Source: Chromera velia (lineage: Eukaryota). Taken from it: DNA of 47,296 nucleotides. The notes under the pieces were generated by a model. That model saw nothing but the letters and a program-made list of their open reading frames with translations, was not told the origin of the DNA and made no database searches. The translations under genes and the position numbers were made by a program. Below, in pieces: positions 22,662 to 36,600 of the stretch. The stretch spans positions 1 to 47,296 of the forward strand of contig JAHBMJ010000459.1 of the NCBI GenBank assembly GCA_018398765.1, given 5' to 3'. Each line of letters begins with the position of its first letter. Within the stretch, counting starts at the first letter, position 1.

Positions 22662-23547
22662 GACACAGAGCAAGCTGTTTTTCTTCTCTTTCTGCGAGTG
22701 GTGTGCGCTGGAGAGAGAGAACGAAGTTTGCATAGAGTGCAGAGAGGAGAGGACGCAGTTCCAGAAAACGGTGCGGCGAGTTGACAGAGAAGAAAAAAGA
22801 ATTTGCAAAGGGTGCGAAAGGGTGGATACTGCTGTCAGCGTGAAAAGAGAAGAAAGGGAAGAGACCGGAGTGCATTCTGAGAACGTCTCACCTTTCTGCT
22901 TCCTCAAACTCGTTCATGGCATCATAAAATTACAGAAATAGATTCTTTCCCAGGGTTCAGGAAGCCGACTGACTCGGGAGTACATGCACGGCTATACATC
23001 CCAGACCCAGGGGCACTGCCATGCCGACAGAAAGCCAGAAGTACAGAGACGGAACTTTACGCGTCCTTGCATAGGGAGGTAAGTATTCGAACAGCGTCTT
23101 GTTGTGCGCCTTGTGCTTTGGTATGTCTGTCTCATAAGACTCTACTCGCACTGCTGGACGGGGTGCAGGTGCTGCTGTGGAAATTTCGGCAGAGGGAGCA
23201 GAGGTCGTTGGGGTCGCATCTCGGCGTACTTGACTGCTCTGACTTGATTTCGGTGGATCCTTGTTGGAGTTGGGTTTTCGTAGCGTCCTGCTGCTCCGCT
23301 CTTTCTGGTCCTGACTGCTGGGAGACGGAGACGGCACTTGAGTCGCCCTTTTTCCTCTTCCCGTCTCGCTTTCTCTTTGACGCCTCCATGGAGTTCCAGC
23401 AGTTAATGAAGCCGTCTGAACACACGTCTGCCCATTAGGGCCCCATGGTCGCACGGATTTGAGTCTCTGCGAAGGGAGTCGTCCGATTCCAGAGAGAAGG
23501 CCCAAACGAGACGGGCAAGCGAGCCCGCACCGCACACTGATAAGCAT
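19510..23547 (-). CDS. Multi-exon TMEM69/DUF3429-like membrane protein, probably mitochondrial
   Basis: The N-terminus MLISVRCGLACPSRLGLLSGIGRLPSQRLKSVRPW is Arg/Ser/Leu-rich. Spliced exons give LYFWLSVGMAVPLGLGCIAVHVLP / LNACIHYACALITFQ / AAVHVGLGLSEFALPPQ / TKRKWMYNLFRYVYPLWTLCFAVYSS / FEAVITLGAQFITLL / AADYYAYEFCIVPPW / FYWHRFRINSACVL / ALVVLSLSEQ...LNM*. This matches the DUF3429 pattern Y..ILSF.G.HWG...D....P.WY..R. Confidence 0.7.
20298..20410 (-). repeat. Triplicated exon end and 5' splice site (~46-bp unit)
   Basis: TGCATTGTGCCCCCTTG|GTC(A/G)G occurs three times, separated by T-run plus CTCCTTGAA. Confidence 0.9.
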
Positions 23548-24271
23548 CACCACGCCCAATCCTGCAGCCCGCACGCAACGGAAAAACCTACTTTATCTGG
23601 TGCACCGCAGTGGTAAGACTATTGGTGTGAGGTTGATACTAACCATGCACGTTGTGCAGAAAGTGAAAGACTGCATGGTATCTTCGCTATAGCCCTGCGA
23701 ATATACGGATTTCAATGCGGGTTGGTCGAGGATTATCCGGAGGATGGTCGGTGTTCCATGGGTTCAAATAGAATGTACGTGCAGAGAAAAAACTTGAGTT
23801 CTTCTGGCCCGGTTCAGTAAAGAAAAAACCCGAGTTTTTCACGAAAAAGAAATTGAGTTCTGCGGCACGGAGCCGAATTTTATTGTAAAAAAAGTTCAAA
23901 TTTCGGAACTCACTTTTTCTAAAATGTCAAAACTAATCGTTGACATTCAAACTCAAGTTTCCCATGCAGTGTTAAATTCCCACTGTCACAAAATACGTAT
24001 CAAGCAAAGCGATACGATACGTATACAGACGCGTATACTGAGCCTCTAGCTCTTAGAAGACATCAGAAGACCGCGTGCATAGGGTCGTTTCGGCAGTCAG
24101 AGTGTCAAAAGGGAAGCCTTGAGGTTGATCGAATCTGTTCTGGTGAGAAGAGACTCGTTTACAGAAAGCCCCGAGATGGGGAAGGAAAGATGATGAGGAT
24201 GTGTAGCACTTCGCATTGTTGACCAAGCAACAGTATCCATCAAACTGCAACACAGCTGTCTGTCCAAGTGA
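23548..24271. promoter_or_regulatory. Probable bidirectional promoter region
   Basis: Divergent ATGs at 23547 (-) and 24272 (+) flank an AT-rich core with repeated AAAAA..GAGTT and ATACG motifs. Confidence 0.45.
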
Positions 24272-27200
24272 ATGGCACCGAAGGCGCCCCCCAAGGGCGG
24301 GGGTAATACCCGGTTTGCCCCCGACGCTGAGGAGCCCGTTGACCTTCCCGACATCGAAGTTCAGGTCCCAGAGGTGGGTGTAGCAACAATCATTGTGAAT
24401 GGCCGTCTTCCAGTACCTCCACCTCAAGCAACACCTGCAGAAGGAGAAGCCCCCCCACCAGCAGACGCCACCCCTCCCTTTGACGCTGCTGGTAAATTTG
24501 CCACCTGGGCCCGTGAGATTTCTGCCAACCCCCCTGCAGAGGGAGAACCCCACCCTCTGGGCGATTCCCCGGTCGCAAAGAGTCGAGTGATCGTTTTGAC
24601 CAAGGAGGATCTCTCCCCCTTCGCTGTCGAAAACGGCTGGAGGGACCCGAAAGAGGGCGGGGACCTGCCTGCCTCCATCATCTACAAGTGTGTAAAGAAG
24701 CTCCAAGATGACTGGGTGTCGGCTTTGAAGATCAAGAAGACGAATGCTCTGAAGAAGGAGAAGGCAGCAGCCTTAGAGAAAGAGAAAGAGGAGAAGGACA
24801 ATGAGGGAGGAGAGAAACCCTCTGACGCCTCTCCCCCCTCCCCTGACTCCTCTGCAACCTCTTCTCTGGATGTCATTCTCATCATCAGCGATCTCCTGCC
24901 GTTGAAAGAGGCCTCAGCAGAGCCCACTCCAGAAGCAGAAGCAGCGTACGTGTCTGCTCTAACAGAGCACTTCTCTCTGATGAGCGAGGAGGGAGTGTCT
25001 GTGTCCTCTCTCATCTATCTGGATCCCGCATCAGAGAAAACCTCACCGACAGAGTACGCAGATGTGTCCCTCATCCCTCCTCTCGTGAGCGAATTTCATC
25101 AAGCAGTCCAGAAAGCACCCGCTCAATCCCCTCTGGCAAACGCAGTCCTACTCCGACTTCAAGATATTGCAGCGTCAGTCACTGACGCAGCCATACTCGC
25201 CCGGGTTTACGCGTATCCGCCTGTCTGTGTTTTTCTTTCTGTCTGAGCTTCTTCCTTGCTTCTTTCTATCCCTGTTTGCTTTTTTGATTCTTTGTTGTCC
25301 CTCTGTTTCGCTCGCTGTTCATCCTTGCAAATGTCTACTCTCTCTTCGTCGTCATTTGATTGGCTAGTTGGAAAGAAACCCGACCCATTCATTCCTTCAC
25401 CTGTCGCGCAAAGTGGCGACACCACTTTCTTCTTCTGTCTACAGGGACACGTTTTTTCTCACTGCTCCGTGTCGCTTTCTCCTTTCCTTCTTCGATCGAT
25501 CCACTCTGTCGCTTTTTCTTGCCTGATCCCTCTTCCGTGCAATTTTCCGTCGTGCTTGGCTCACTTCATGCCTGTTTGTCTGTCTGCAGGCGTTTCAAGG
25601 AAGAAACAGCTGAAGCCCTAGCTCTGGAGGTCCTTAGGAAGGCGTCTGGTCTCGAGACAGACCGCGCAGAGTTTAAAGCCTTCCTTCAAAGCCGCACGAC
25701 CACATCGGTGCCTCTGCTTTCCGCAGATGCGGCAGGGAAGCAGGAAGGGGAGTCAGCTGCTGCTGCTGATAGTTCAGAGGCGAAGGAGAAGGAGACGGCA
25801 GAGGACGCAGGGGGTGAGGGGGCGACAGGAGACGGAACAGGAGAAGTGAAGGCAGACAAGGGAACAGCTGACTTCCGAGACATGAGGTCAGTCGGAACGA
25901 GTTGCCTCTTTTTTTTCCGTTATTTGGTTGATCATTTGATTGAAATATCGGGAGCTTCTCTTCAGCCAACACGAGCACAGAGTGGCCACCTGTCTTGCAC
26001 GCCTTCTTGGCGAGTAAATTCCTTCGCTCTTGGCGTGTCGCATGCACGATTGAATCCATTCAGTTTCGATAGATAGAGCCTTAACTTCTTCCTATCTTCT
26101 CAGAATTCCATTGTCGTCTTCGTCGCGCTGTCTTCCTTCTGATTGAGTGATTGTCTGTCCTCGTGTGTCTGTCTGTGTCTGTGTCCGGGTATGTGTGCCT
26201 GGTGTTCTTTCTCTTTATGTGTCCCTCCTCCTTCCTTTTTGCTTTATTGACTCACTCAGAATGTAGGAGACGAAAATAACATTTTGTATTCGTCTGTCTG
26301 TCTCTCTACCTCCCTCCCTCTCTCCAGGATGTATTCCCGTTTGATGGACTCTTGTGGAGATGCCGTGAAGGACCTACCCTTGTTCCTCTTCTGCCTCTCC
26401 CAGCAAGTGGAGTACACACAGTCGATGAATGTGAGTGAGTGAGTGAGTGATTCCATGTAAATCAATGGAGGGGACAACCAAACGAGAAAGGCAGACAGAC
26501 AGGCAGGCAGCCAGGAGAGAAAGGCGAGCACACAGACTGCCTGAGCCCTTTCCTCTCTGTCTTTTCTCATGTGTCGTGTCAGTCAGTAGGGAGGGAGGGA
26601 GGGAGGGAGGGCATTATTGATGTGTGAGGAAAACCCTTTTGATTCGGCAGGAGAAGAGTGAAGGAGAGCAGGCAGAGCAAAATTCAAAAACGAACTTTTT
26701 TTTAATTTCTGGCTGCCCTCCTGTTTGACCGTCAGCAGGCCGACCAGAATTCATCAGGGGGCGCCACAGGAGGCAGACGTCCCCTCAGCGACCTGAAGAA
26801 CGCCAACGAAGACCTGGAGGACTTCATGCTGGAGAGGAAAAAGTCAGTCAATCAGGCAACCAGGCAGGCAGTGAGGAGGTGCATGGGCTCATGAGAACAA
26901 CAAAGGTATTTGAAAATGGAGACAGACAGACAGACAGACAGTTTGAGCGCAAGACGGCGGATTCAGACAGAGACTCGATCGCCTTCTCCTCTCCTTCCCT
27001 GCAGGCTCCTGCTGTCCTCCACACTGCTGCCGAAAGGCGCGGATCCTCGGAGCTCCCCCTCTTTGGAGTGGGCAAAGAGTGCGACTGCTACTGCCATAGG
27101 CGGGGGGGGTATCACCCAGAAAACAGACACAGGCCCCCCTCTTGCACACCCTGCTGGATCTACAGGCCGCTCGCTCGAGACTGTGCCCATCGTACCTTCA

Positions 27201-30200
27201 CGGGATGGCGTCACGCTGCGGCATTTTGGGAGAACTTTTCCGGGAGGGGAATCTGTCGTGGAGAGCTCAAAGAAGGTCTTCGAATACCGGAAGGTAGGCT
27301 GAATAATTTAGAGTGACCGAGATAAAAGGGACATGCGGCATGATGACAAGGCAAGAAAGAGTGTAAGTACGTGAGGTTCTTTGGTGCTTGTTTTCGCGCT
27401 TTGCTTCGCTGTTGTAATCCATTCGCTGGTTTGCTTTCATGTATATTCATGATAGAGCCTCCTTCTTGTCTGCGTGTGTGTCTGACTTCCTCCTTGTCCG
27501 TATACACCTTTTCCTGCTCTCTCTCTCTCTCCCNNNNNNNNNNNNNNNNNNNNNNNNNNNNNNNNCTCTCTCTCTCTTTCTCTTTTCTCTCTCTTTGTGC
27601 AGGCCCCTGGTCACAGACGTCAATTTCTTCCCGAATTTGCGACCCTTCCACCGGAGAGAAGGTCTGTTGATCTCTGTGAACCTGGGGGTCTTCTAACTAA
27701 CCCTTTTTCCCGCTCTTTGCATTTCATCCTTTTTTCGCGTACGTTCCTTTCTTTGGAAGTTCAGGACTGAAGGGCGTATTTCTAACTAAAGGGCGAATGG
27801 AAACATGAAAGAATTCCTTCAGATTGCATTATACTTGTTACGGACGGTCAACCTGGTGTGCCCTGGTGTGTTGCGCCTTGCAGAGCTGCCCTCCGTACCC
27901 GCATCTACCCGTTTCTGGACTGGCTCCCCTCTTGCCAGATCGAGCACAACCTCCTGATAAGAGAATTCAGGCTCCTCTTCGAGAGGGTCAGTTGGGGGCG
28001 GGAGGCAGACAGGGGAGCGGATGGTGGACAGAATGTTTTACAAACGTAAAAGAAAATAGATGCTTTGGATCCCTGTACGAGAATGAGAAAGGTGTGGAGA
28101 TCCTTTTGATGAAAGATCTTCTCTCTGTGGGTGCTTGCAGTGTCAGACAGAGCGACCCTGGAAATTCCTCGACCGCGTTTTTGTGGAGAGGATTCCGAAG
28201 GATTTGGTGGCCCAGGCGGTTGGGGAGGCTCTGGGGTCATGTGAGGCCTTCGTGGCATCTGCGTACTTCGAACGGAGGGACGCCCTCATCCTCGCACTGC
28301 ACCACAGGTCTCTGCCTGCAAAGGCTGTGTGGCACTCGTGGAAGGCCCCGTGGCAGTGCGCCCCCTCGTTCCCTGAGTGGTTGTCCTTCCTTCGACAGCA
28401 GACAGGGGAGAAGGATAAGGAAGCAGAGTCGACCGGGCTGTTTTCACTCGATGCCCGGACTTTCGGACACCTGCGGGCAGTGGAGAAAATGCTCAGCCCT
28501 GCGGATGGCTCTGTCGTCATATGCACCAAAATGCACAGAGGTTCGTGAGGGGCTGCTTTTTTTTCGTGTGTTCCATTCCTGCCCTTTTCATTCTGCCTCC
28601 TGGAAGTTTCGGATGCGAAGTGCTTTCTTTTCCAGGTGTTTCTGCTGTGACATACATTTGTTCTAAGCTGCACATTGTATCTTGTGCACTTTCCTGCCTG
28701 CCTGTGTGTCTCTTTCTCTTTCCGCAGGTGCCACGAGTGCTGTCGAGTTTCCTCCCAATGCAGAGAAGCTCCCTGTAACGGAGGAAGAAATCGCAGCCCG
28801 AAAGAAGGCAGAAAAGAAGAAACGTAAGTCAATTCTCATCCCTCCTAGCAAATCTGTGAATCGATTAGCTTCTGAACGACCGTCCGTCTTGGTTTTCCCT
28901 CTCTTCCTTCAAGTCTCAGAAGACGTTAGAACACGAACAGCGGCAAACTTATACACAGACAGAGACGCACAAGCCGACGTAGGTGCAGATGCCTGCACAC
29001 AAAAAGAGAAACAGAGAGAAACACCTCTTCCCTGTCTTTCCATCTTCCTCCTCTAGCTGTAAGCATGCACACAGTCTGTTGGGGACATGCAAATTTCAAC
29101 AATCATGTAGGGTTTGACGTCTGAGCCTGCATTCATCATTCATGACCGCAGCCCGGAGAGGGCAGGAAGAGGAGCCCCCCAAGGATCCTTTCGAGCCCCC
29201 CCCCGACCCCCCTGTGTTCATCCCCCCTCCTTTGGTGGAGGACAGGAAGGCAGTCGTGTTCAAGGGATCACTCGCGATGGGCATGGTGACAGACAAAAGT
29301 TGGATCGCCCAGAAGCAGCAAATGACGGAGGTCAGTCAGTGCGTGCAGCCTGGAGGGAGGGTTTCATGGCTGTTCGTTCAGAGTGGCAGGCAGTCTCTTC
29401 GACATTTTCAGAAAGAAAAAATATTGGAGATTGAAATTCTTTATTGGTTGTGTTTGCGTGCAGACAATCCGTGCATTCCGCACAAAGGAGGCCATCCTAC
29501 GCATCCAGGCAGAGAAGGAGGCGTTGGAAGCCGCAGAGGCCGCAGCAGCAGCGGCAGATCCGAAGGCTGCCAAGGGGAAGGACGCGGGGAAGAAGAAGGA
29601 TGAGGCAGCTGCAGATGAGGCAGAGGCCCCAGCCCCCCCCGAGTTGCCAAAGTCTGCAGAGGAGTCGCGACTGGAGTCTTTGGACTTTGGGGTCTTTTGG
29701 CTTGCACTTCCGGACGGTGCACGTCTGACTACGTCCCTTGCGACTGGGGGTGCGTTCACCCAAGCCCAAATGGAGCCTCCCATTCCGGAGGTGGAACTTC
29801 CTTCTGAGGGGGCGGCTGCAGGCGAAGGGGCAGCGCCTGCCGGAGGGGAGGGAGCGGCAGAAGGGGAAGGAGAAGAGGCGGGAGAAAAGGGCGCCGTGGA
29901 ACCTGTGCCTGAACCCGATCCTGTATATGCATGGCCGGAGGATGTGCAGGATTTGGGCGCTCTGACGACTTTGACACTTGCCAGTGGTCAGGTGCTTCGA
30001 GTAAAACCTGACGGGACTTTGATTACCTTCCATCCTGAAGCAGCTCGAGATGTTTTGCTTCAGATGGTCGCAGATGTGCACAAGGTGGCTGTGGGAGGAA
30101 ACGTGAAAAGGTTTCCGGGTGGGGTCACTTGGTCTGCGCAAACTACTGCAGAGGGCGAGGCAGCAACAGGGGCAGCGGGGGATGGAGGGGGGGCTGCAGG

Positions 30201-30549
30201 AACGGGGGGGGTGAAGGATCTGTTCAGACGTCGAATCTTTTTTGGATGCGGGGAGGATGTGGAGACCAGCAGAAGTGTTTCCACAAAGGGTGTGGTCGCT
30301 CGGCAGCTTCTCTCCGGACGGAGGGAAGTATTTTATCCGGTCGGTCTGCAGTGTCTTTCCTTCTTTGTTTCTTTCTTTTCTTCCTTTCTTTCCCTTTTTC
30401 TTGGCCCTCAGTGCAGTCCTTAATGCAATCACGGACGTGTGCTTGGTGTATTGGACTTTGATCCTGTGAAGCATGGACCAACCTTTTCCTTTCGTGTCTG
30501 TTCGTTCTGCTTTTTTTCTTTGAGTTGAGATGATCTATTCAATGGCCAT

Positions 30550-30591
<42 letters not shown>

Positions 30592-30602
30592 TATGTGTGT
30601 GT

Positions 30603-30644
<42 letters not shown>

Positions 30645-33600
30645 CTTTTTGTTTTTGTCTGTCTGTGCGTCTGTCCAACTCTCTCGACCCGATTCCCCTT
30701 CCACTTGCAGGACGGCACGACTTCAGTTCGGAACCCGACAATCGAGGAGCTCCAAGCGAGAAGAGGGGAGATCCTCAGGGAACACGCTCGAGACAGCGGG
30801 GGAAGCACAGACGGAGCGGTTGCCGTAGAAGCAGAGGAATCAGGGGAAGCAGCAGCAGATGGTAAGGAGAAGGAAAAACAGAAGGACGTCCCTGGAGGGA
30901 GCAAGGTCGCTGCCAACCTCTTCTTCGACTCCCTTGTTGAACTTTACGGAGAAAAATGCTTCAAGGACATTATGCAGGTGCGTCCAGTCGCATACCTGAT
31001 GCTCATCTGCCTGTCTGTTTTGCATGCAGTCCGTCTTTCTGTCTGCCCCTGTTGTCTGGGTCACCGTGTTTGTTTTTTGCTTTTGTCCCTTGCTTAATGC
31101 TTTGCTTTGGTTGAGAGGAGGAAGGGTGAACTGGGGGCCTTCCTGAGACGTTACTGTCAGCCTAAAAAGAGAGAATGGGTTAATATTACGCCAATTGGGA
31201 GGGAAGCACTTGTCGTACTCACGCAGACGTGCATTGATTGTGCGTATTGACAATCAGTATGAAAGTACATCATCCGGGGCGTGCAAGACCGCAAAACAGT
31301 CCTCCTTTCCTCTTTGTGCTTTATCCCTTCCCGTGAATGAGTGCAGGTAGCGAGGCCGTTTGACATCGCCGCGATGATGGACGCAGCCAGGAAGGCGGCA
31401 GGGAGCAGGCCCGGGTCGGCAGGGAACCCGCAGGACGGGCAGGGGGACGCGGGACAGGCAGGGGGAGAGGGGGGGTCTGCAGATGCCGGGGGAGATATCG
31501 AGGTACCCAAACCGGAGGTGGATTTGGAGATCGCATCTGACCCGTTTGGCCTCGGGAGGCTCGACCAAGGCATTCCCGGACAGTGGCTTGTCACGAAGGT
31601 CGACGGGACTCGGGTAGCTCGGTCAGTCTCGTTGTCTCTCCAAAACTTTACAGCTGTGTGGAAGGAAACACAGGGCCACAAGAAGGAAGGCCGATTGATT
31701 CAGGCTGGCTTTGTTGGATCGACTTGGTTTTTGAAGAGAGGAGATTTTTGTTTCTTTCGATGTACATTGCAAGTAAGCGCAGTATCAGCGAGAGGGATGA
31801 GGGTCTCGCGTAAGATTATTGTTGTTCTTTTTTTCTGTCTGCTTGTTGGTCGTGCGGCTGCTTTCTTTCAGGCTGAGTGTGGATTGTGACATGAGCGTTC
31901 CTATTGTGGACCTGACACCCCCAGTGGCGGAAGTGGAGGACTCAGGAGGGAAGGGGAAGAAGGACAAAGACAAAAAAGCTGCGGAGGAGGAAGACGAGAA
32001 GGCAGCACTCCCACCTCCGAGACCCGCAGTCTCTTTACAGGAATTCTTCGGAGCGGTCAGCGGAGGACTTGTTGTGTTTGTCTTTGCTATTGCAGTTTGG
32101 CTGCCTCTGTGTTTGTCTATCAGCTTCTTTGTGTGTCCTCTGTCTCTCTTTCTCAGAGTTCCTCCCTCGCTTCCGTCCCTGCAGAGTGGCTATGCACCCT
32201 ACCCTCTCTTTCCCACCCTTTCTGTGACTCACTCTTTTCTCTCCCCCTCCGATGCTTGCAGACGCTTCTGGCTGACGGCACTTTGGAGTATGAACTACCC
32301 CCTGCCAGCTCTGCATCTTACAGGTAGCTCAGAGAGGAAGGAGGGCACGGGGATAGGGTGCGTGAATGAAAAAGGAAGGAAGAACTAGGAGTGGTTTGTT
32401 GTTTTGGGGCCTGCAACGCCAGCCTGAAGCTTTGTGTGCTCATTTCTCGCTGATCTGACAGGTCGTTGTTGGAGCCTTCGTGAGACCGCTTTCCGCTTGA
32501 GAGCCCTAGACGTCAACCAAAACCACAGATCTCATGTCAAGAATAAGATGTTTCAGCTGGAAAGGAAAGAAAGAGAGGTCCGTAAATGATGAAATGGAGG
32601 TAGTGCTGCAGCTTTAACACTCCGTGGTTGCTCTGAGAAAGCGTTTACAGAAATCATTCAAAGTGCGACACTGTATGACTGTTGTTCTCTCTCCCTGCCT
32701 CCCTCCCTGTGTTTGTCTTCTCTGGCGATTGTGCAGAGACCCGGATCAGTGGCAGAAGACAGCTGTGTGTGAGACGGGGGCCGTGGTCGTGGAGGCAGAC
32801 GAGGAGGCACTGGAGGAAGTGAAGGTCGGCCCTTGCTTCCTGCATGGTTGATTATTTCACTCTTCTGAGCCATCAATGAGAGCTCTCTCTGTCCTGCCTT
32901 CGCTTTGCCACGCTGAAATCGAAATAGACAGCGCACTACTTTGCAGTTGCTTTGTCGACTCTCGGCATCTCTCTTTTCGCTCTCTCTTTCAATACGGTAC
33001 GAGGAGCGAAGAACAACATATTTGTATTCTAATCGCTCTTCTACTCGGTATGCAACAGCTTTTCTAGATGCAGTACACCACGTAGCCGAGTGTCCACCTT
33101 CCTCTTGTGTGACCTTCCTTCTGTTGCGTGTGTGCAGACTGCCCTCTTCCCAGACGGCAGCAGAATCAGCAGCGCGCGCACCCGCAAGACTGCCAAGAGA
33201 AAGGAGGGTCCCTGGAGGTACAGAGTGGAGAAGCCCGGGGGCCCTTTTGTGTCTTCGATCATCACCATTCCTGCAGGGGAGGCTGGACAGGCGGGTGCGG
33301 AGACGGTGCGGATGTTGGTAGAGAGTCCGGACGGGTCCCACTTGGAGGTTTTCAGGGAGAGGGCAGCAGTGAAGGTGCAGGTGTTCGATCCCAACTCCTT
33401 CACTCCGAGGAAAGAGATGAAGCTGTTCTTCAGGAATGCGGTCTGCCAACTTGTGCATCCACAGGGCCCCGTCATTCGCATTCACCCGAACGGACAGGTC
33501 CTCGTGGCAGGGCCCGATCGGGACGCGGGAGAACGTCTTCGGGTTCGTGAGTTGATGAGTGACTCTGCAAAGCCCCGCATTGAGAGCTTCTCGAAGGAGA

Positions 33601-36600
33601 ACGATGGGCTCTGGATAGGGGACTGCTGGAAGAATGCTCTGGGAACTTTTGATTCCGATCGGTCGTCTTACGCACTCAGGTAGGTTGGAAGGTCGGATCG
33701 CTCTTGTTTTTTCTCTTCCTTTGTGATGCTCTGCTGGGCGTGGAAGGAATACTGTCGAGATACAAATCTTCTTCAAACGCGTTCGGGACTTGTGAAGTCG
33801 CAGGGGGGCAAAGCTGTGCCTGGCTTTGCTGCTTTCAATGTTTCCGAGAAGAGAGCCTGTCTCCTGCCGGTAAGTAGTGCCCTCATCCTTCCGTGTGCGA
33901 TGAATCAATCAATCAATCCGTGCAGAGGAGACGGCCAAGTCGACCTGGTGCTTGGAGTCGCCGTCTCTCTCGAGGCGCCGCCGTCTCCTAGGTGTGCAGT
34001 GCCTCGTTTCCCGTACAGGCACGCAGACGCAAAGTTCCTTCCCCTCCCCGAGATGGCACCTGAGCCTCGTCTCTTCGTTCTCTATGGAGACTCTGGGGAG
34101 GCAGAGGAAATTATTACTGCAGGGTCAGTCAGACCGCAGCAACCTGGGCACGTGGAGCAATCCGGGCCCATCACCGGCACAGAAAGCAGACACAGATCGT
34201 CAATATCTGAAGAATTGCTGCAGTGCACTCTAGAAAGCACAGCACACACAAAGGTTCTTTCTAACTTTTCATGCTCTCTGTTTGTCCTTTCTGTTTCCGC
34301 CTGCAGACGTGCGGCCGAGCTTCTCACACAGGCGCGGAATGCTGAGAGAACCACAGTGCAAGACCCAAAACCTCTGGAGCATCCGTTTGAAGGTCAGTCA
34401 GTCACGCAGGCAGACAGACAAGATCCCACACCCATCTGCACCCCGGCTCAGGATCAATGCTGCAAAGCATGGGCATTCTTCTGGATGAGAGTAGGGCGCA
34501 TCAGTGAAAAATTGCACAGACAGAATTGATCATTATGCTGCGAGAACTCACTTGCATGTTGTCTTAGGTTACACACCCAATTGTAATCTCTTGACTGCCC
34601 CTTTTTTCTGTCTCTCTGCCTTCCCTTTGTTTACGCCTCAAACTTCTGGACTCACACCTGCATTCGACACCTTGTGTGCAGGTTGCACATCACACGCAAT
34701 TCTGCACTCTTCGTCGTCTGCCGTTCCTGCACTCCCACTGCCTCCTCTCCCTGTTCCACCCGTCGCTGCCGGCCCCTTGACGCACAACCCGCTGGTACCT
34801 GAGGTCGTGGAACCTCACAAGGCGACGCTGTCCCCATACAATGCCTCGACCTTCCACGTGGGCAGCAACCCCGTGGTGATTCCCCGGACAGCCACTCTCA
34901 CATTGGGAGGAGACAGGGACCTGCAGGGAGACGACAATTTGGGAAATATCCTCAGTGGAGGGGGTGCGGGTGTGAATGCAGGAGGCAGGTTTCCGGGGGC
35001 TGCAACAGTTGTGGGGTCTCCCACTTCTGTGGTTGTTGACCGGTCCCTGGAATTTTGCTCGTACAGGTCAGGAGGACGGCATCTGAAAGAAGAAAGGAAT
35101 CGAATCATCCTTCCTCCCTTTCTTCCTTCCTTCCTTTCAATGGGGGCCCAAAGCTAGGTCTGTGATTCCTCCCTCTGGTCTGTTGAGCAAAAAAGACTGT
35201 GATGTTGGTGGGATAGAGGAGGAAGAACGTTCTTGTTCAAACAAAGGCTGTCTTGATTCATCGATCCACTCTTGAAAAAAAAGTGCACTTCTTTCCTTCC
35301 CTGTCTGTGTGCCGATGACAAGTAAAAGCAAGAAAACCCGAGATGGTGTCTATCTCCCCTGTGCATCCTGGCTGCCACCTATCAACCCAGCCACTTGTGT
35401 GTGTGTGTGTGTATGTGTGTGTGTGTGTGCAGACACCTCCTAGAGTACCAGTCCCTCGACGAAACGCAGCTTCAGAAGTTTGAGGAGGGAGTGCACCAGT
35501 TCATCCAGTGGGAGAGTGAACATGCAGCCGCACACGCTTATTTGCAGAGCAACCCGGCATTCAAAGAAAGCGAAGAGGAGTCGGGAAACGGTAGAGGGGG
35601 GGCAGGGGCAAAAGATGCCAGCAAGGGTGGAAAGAAAGGAGCCAAGGGAAAGGCTTCTTCTTCCAAGAGCACCCAGAACAAGAAGGACACGGGATCTTCC
35701 AACAAAGACGCGCCTACTGAAGAAACCCGTGTAGTACCGCCCCCCCGAGACGATATTCACATTCCATTTCTGGAAAGGGCGTCATTCAAAGTCAGACAGC
35801 AAGAGCAGCCTGACCGATCTGCTTTGCATTGGTTGGATTTGTCTCTTGGCATAGAAGAGGACAAAAAGAGAGACACCGGTGCTGCAAGGTTCAGGAAGAG
35901 CATACGGAGATACGAGGTCCACGGAGGGGATGATGGAGCAGGGGCAGCCAAGCAAGCAGAATCCGAGATCGATGCAAATGCCGAAATCAAACCAAAGGAC
36001 GTCGTCCCCGTCTTAGGTCCCCACGCAACAGAATCACAGAGGACTGCACTCCAACGGAGACAGGATGAGGCCTTGGCAACTTTTGAAAGCAACACCGCCA
36101 GTCTGGAACCTCAGCCTCCCTCTATCGTTGGAGCACCCGACGGTATGGTCACAAATCCATCAGGCATTCTTTCCTTCAGCACTGCGAAGGCCAACAGGAC
36201 CCAAAACGTGACTGTCAAATCGTCCTCGACCCTCCGCACCAAGGAGACAGTTCCCATCCCTGCCCCTGCCCGTTCATTCCACTACTTCCAGTCAGAACAG
36301 GGACTCCGGTTTCTTTGTGAACAGGGCCTGGTTGACCACCCGGTTGCCAATGGGACTTACAGCGTCAAGTCTCTCATCTCTGCCACACAGGGTTTGGGAG
36401 CAGGGGAGCACGGCCGCTCGTTTGCCGATCTGGGCACTGCCGAGGTTGAGCTTGCTGCCTCTGCTGCGGCTGCGGCCGAAGGAACGGATGGACAGGTGAA
36501 CGTGGAGGGTGAGATGAATCCGGGAGACGGAAACAGTGGGAAGACAGCGCGAAGACAGAACGACTCGAACATTCCCCCAAAGGGAAGCGCATGGAACCCA

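Noticed and set aside
23687..23990. Possible hAT-like ends (tagccctg, cagtgtt) and short repeats
   Set aside because: No correctly oriented TIR pair or TSD was found.
32658..33908. 416-aa minus-strand ORF (also 29497-30474)
   Set aside because: Antisense shadows of SPAG17-like exons and introns with no domain signal.
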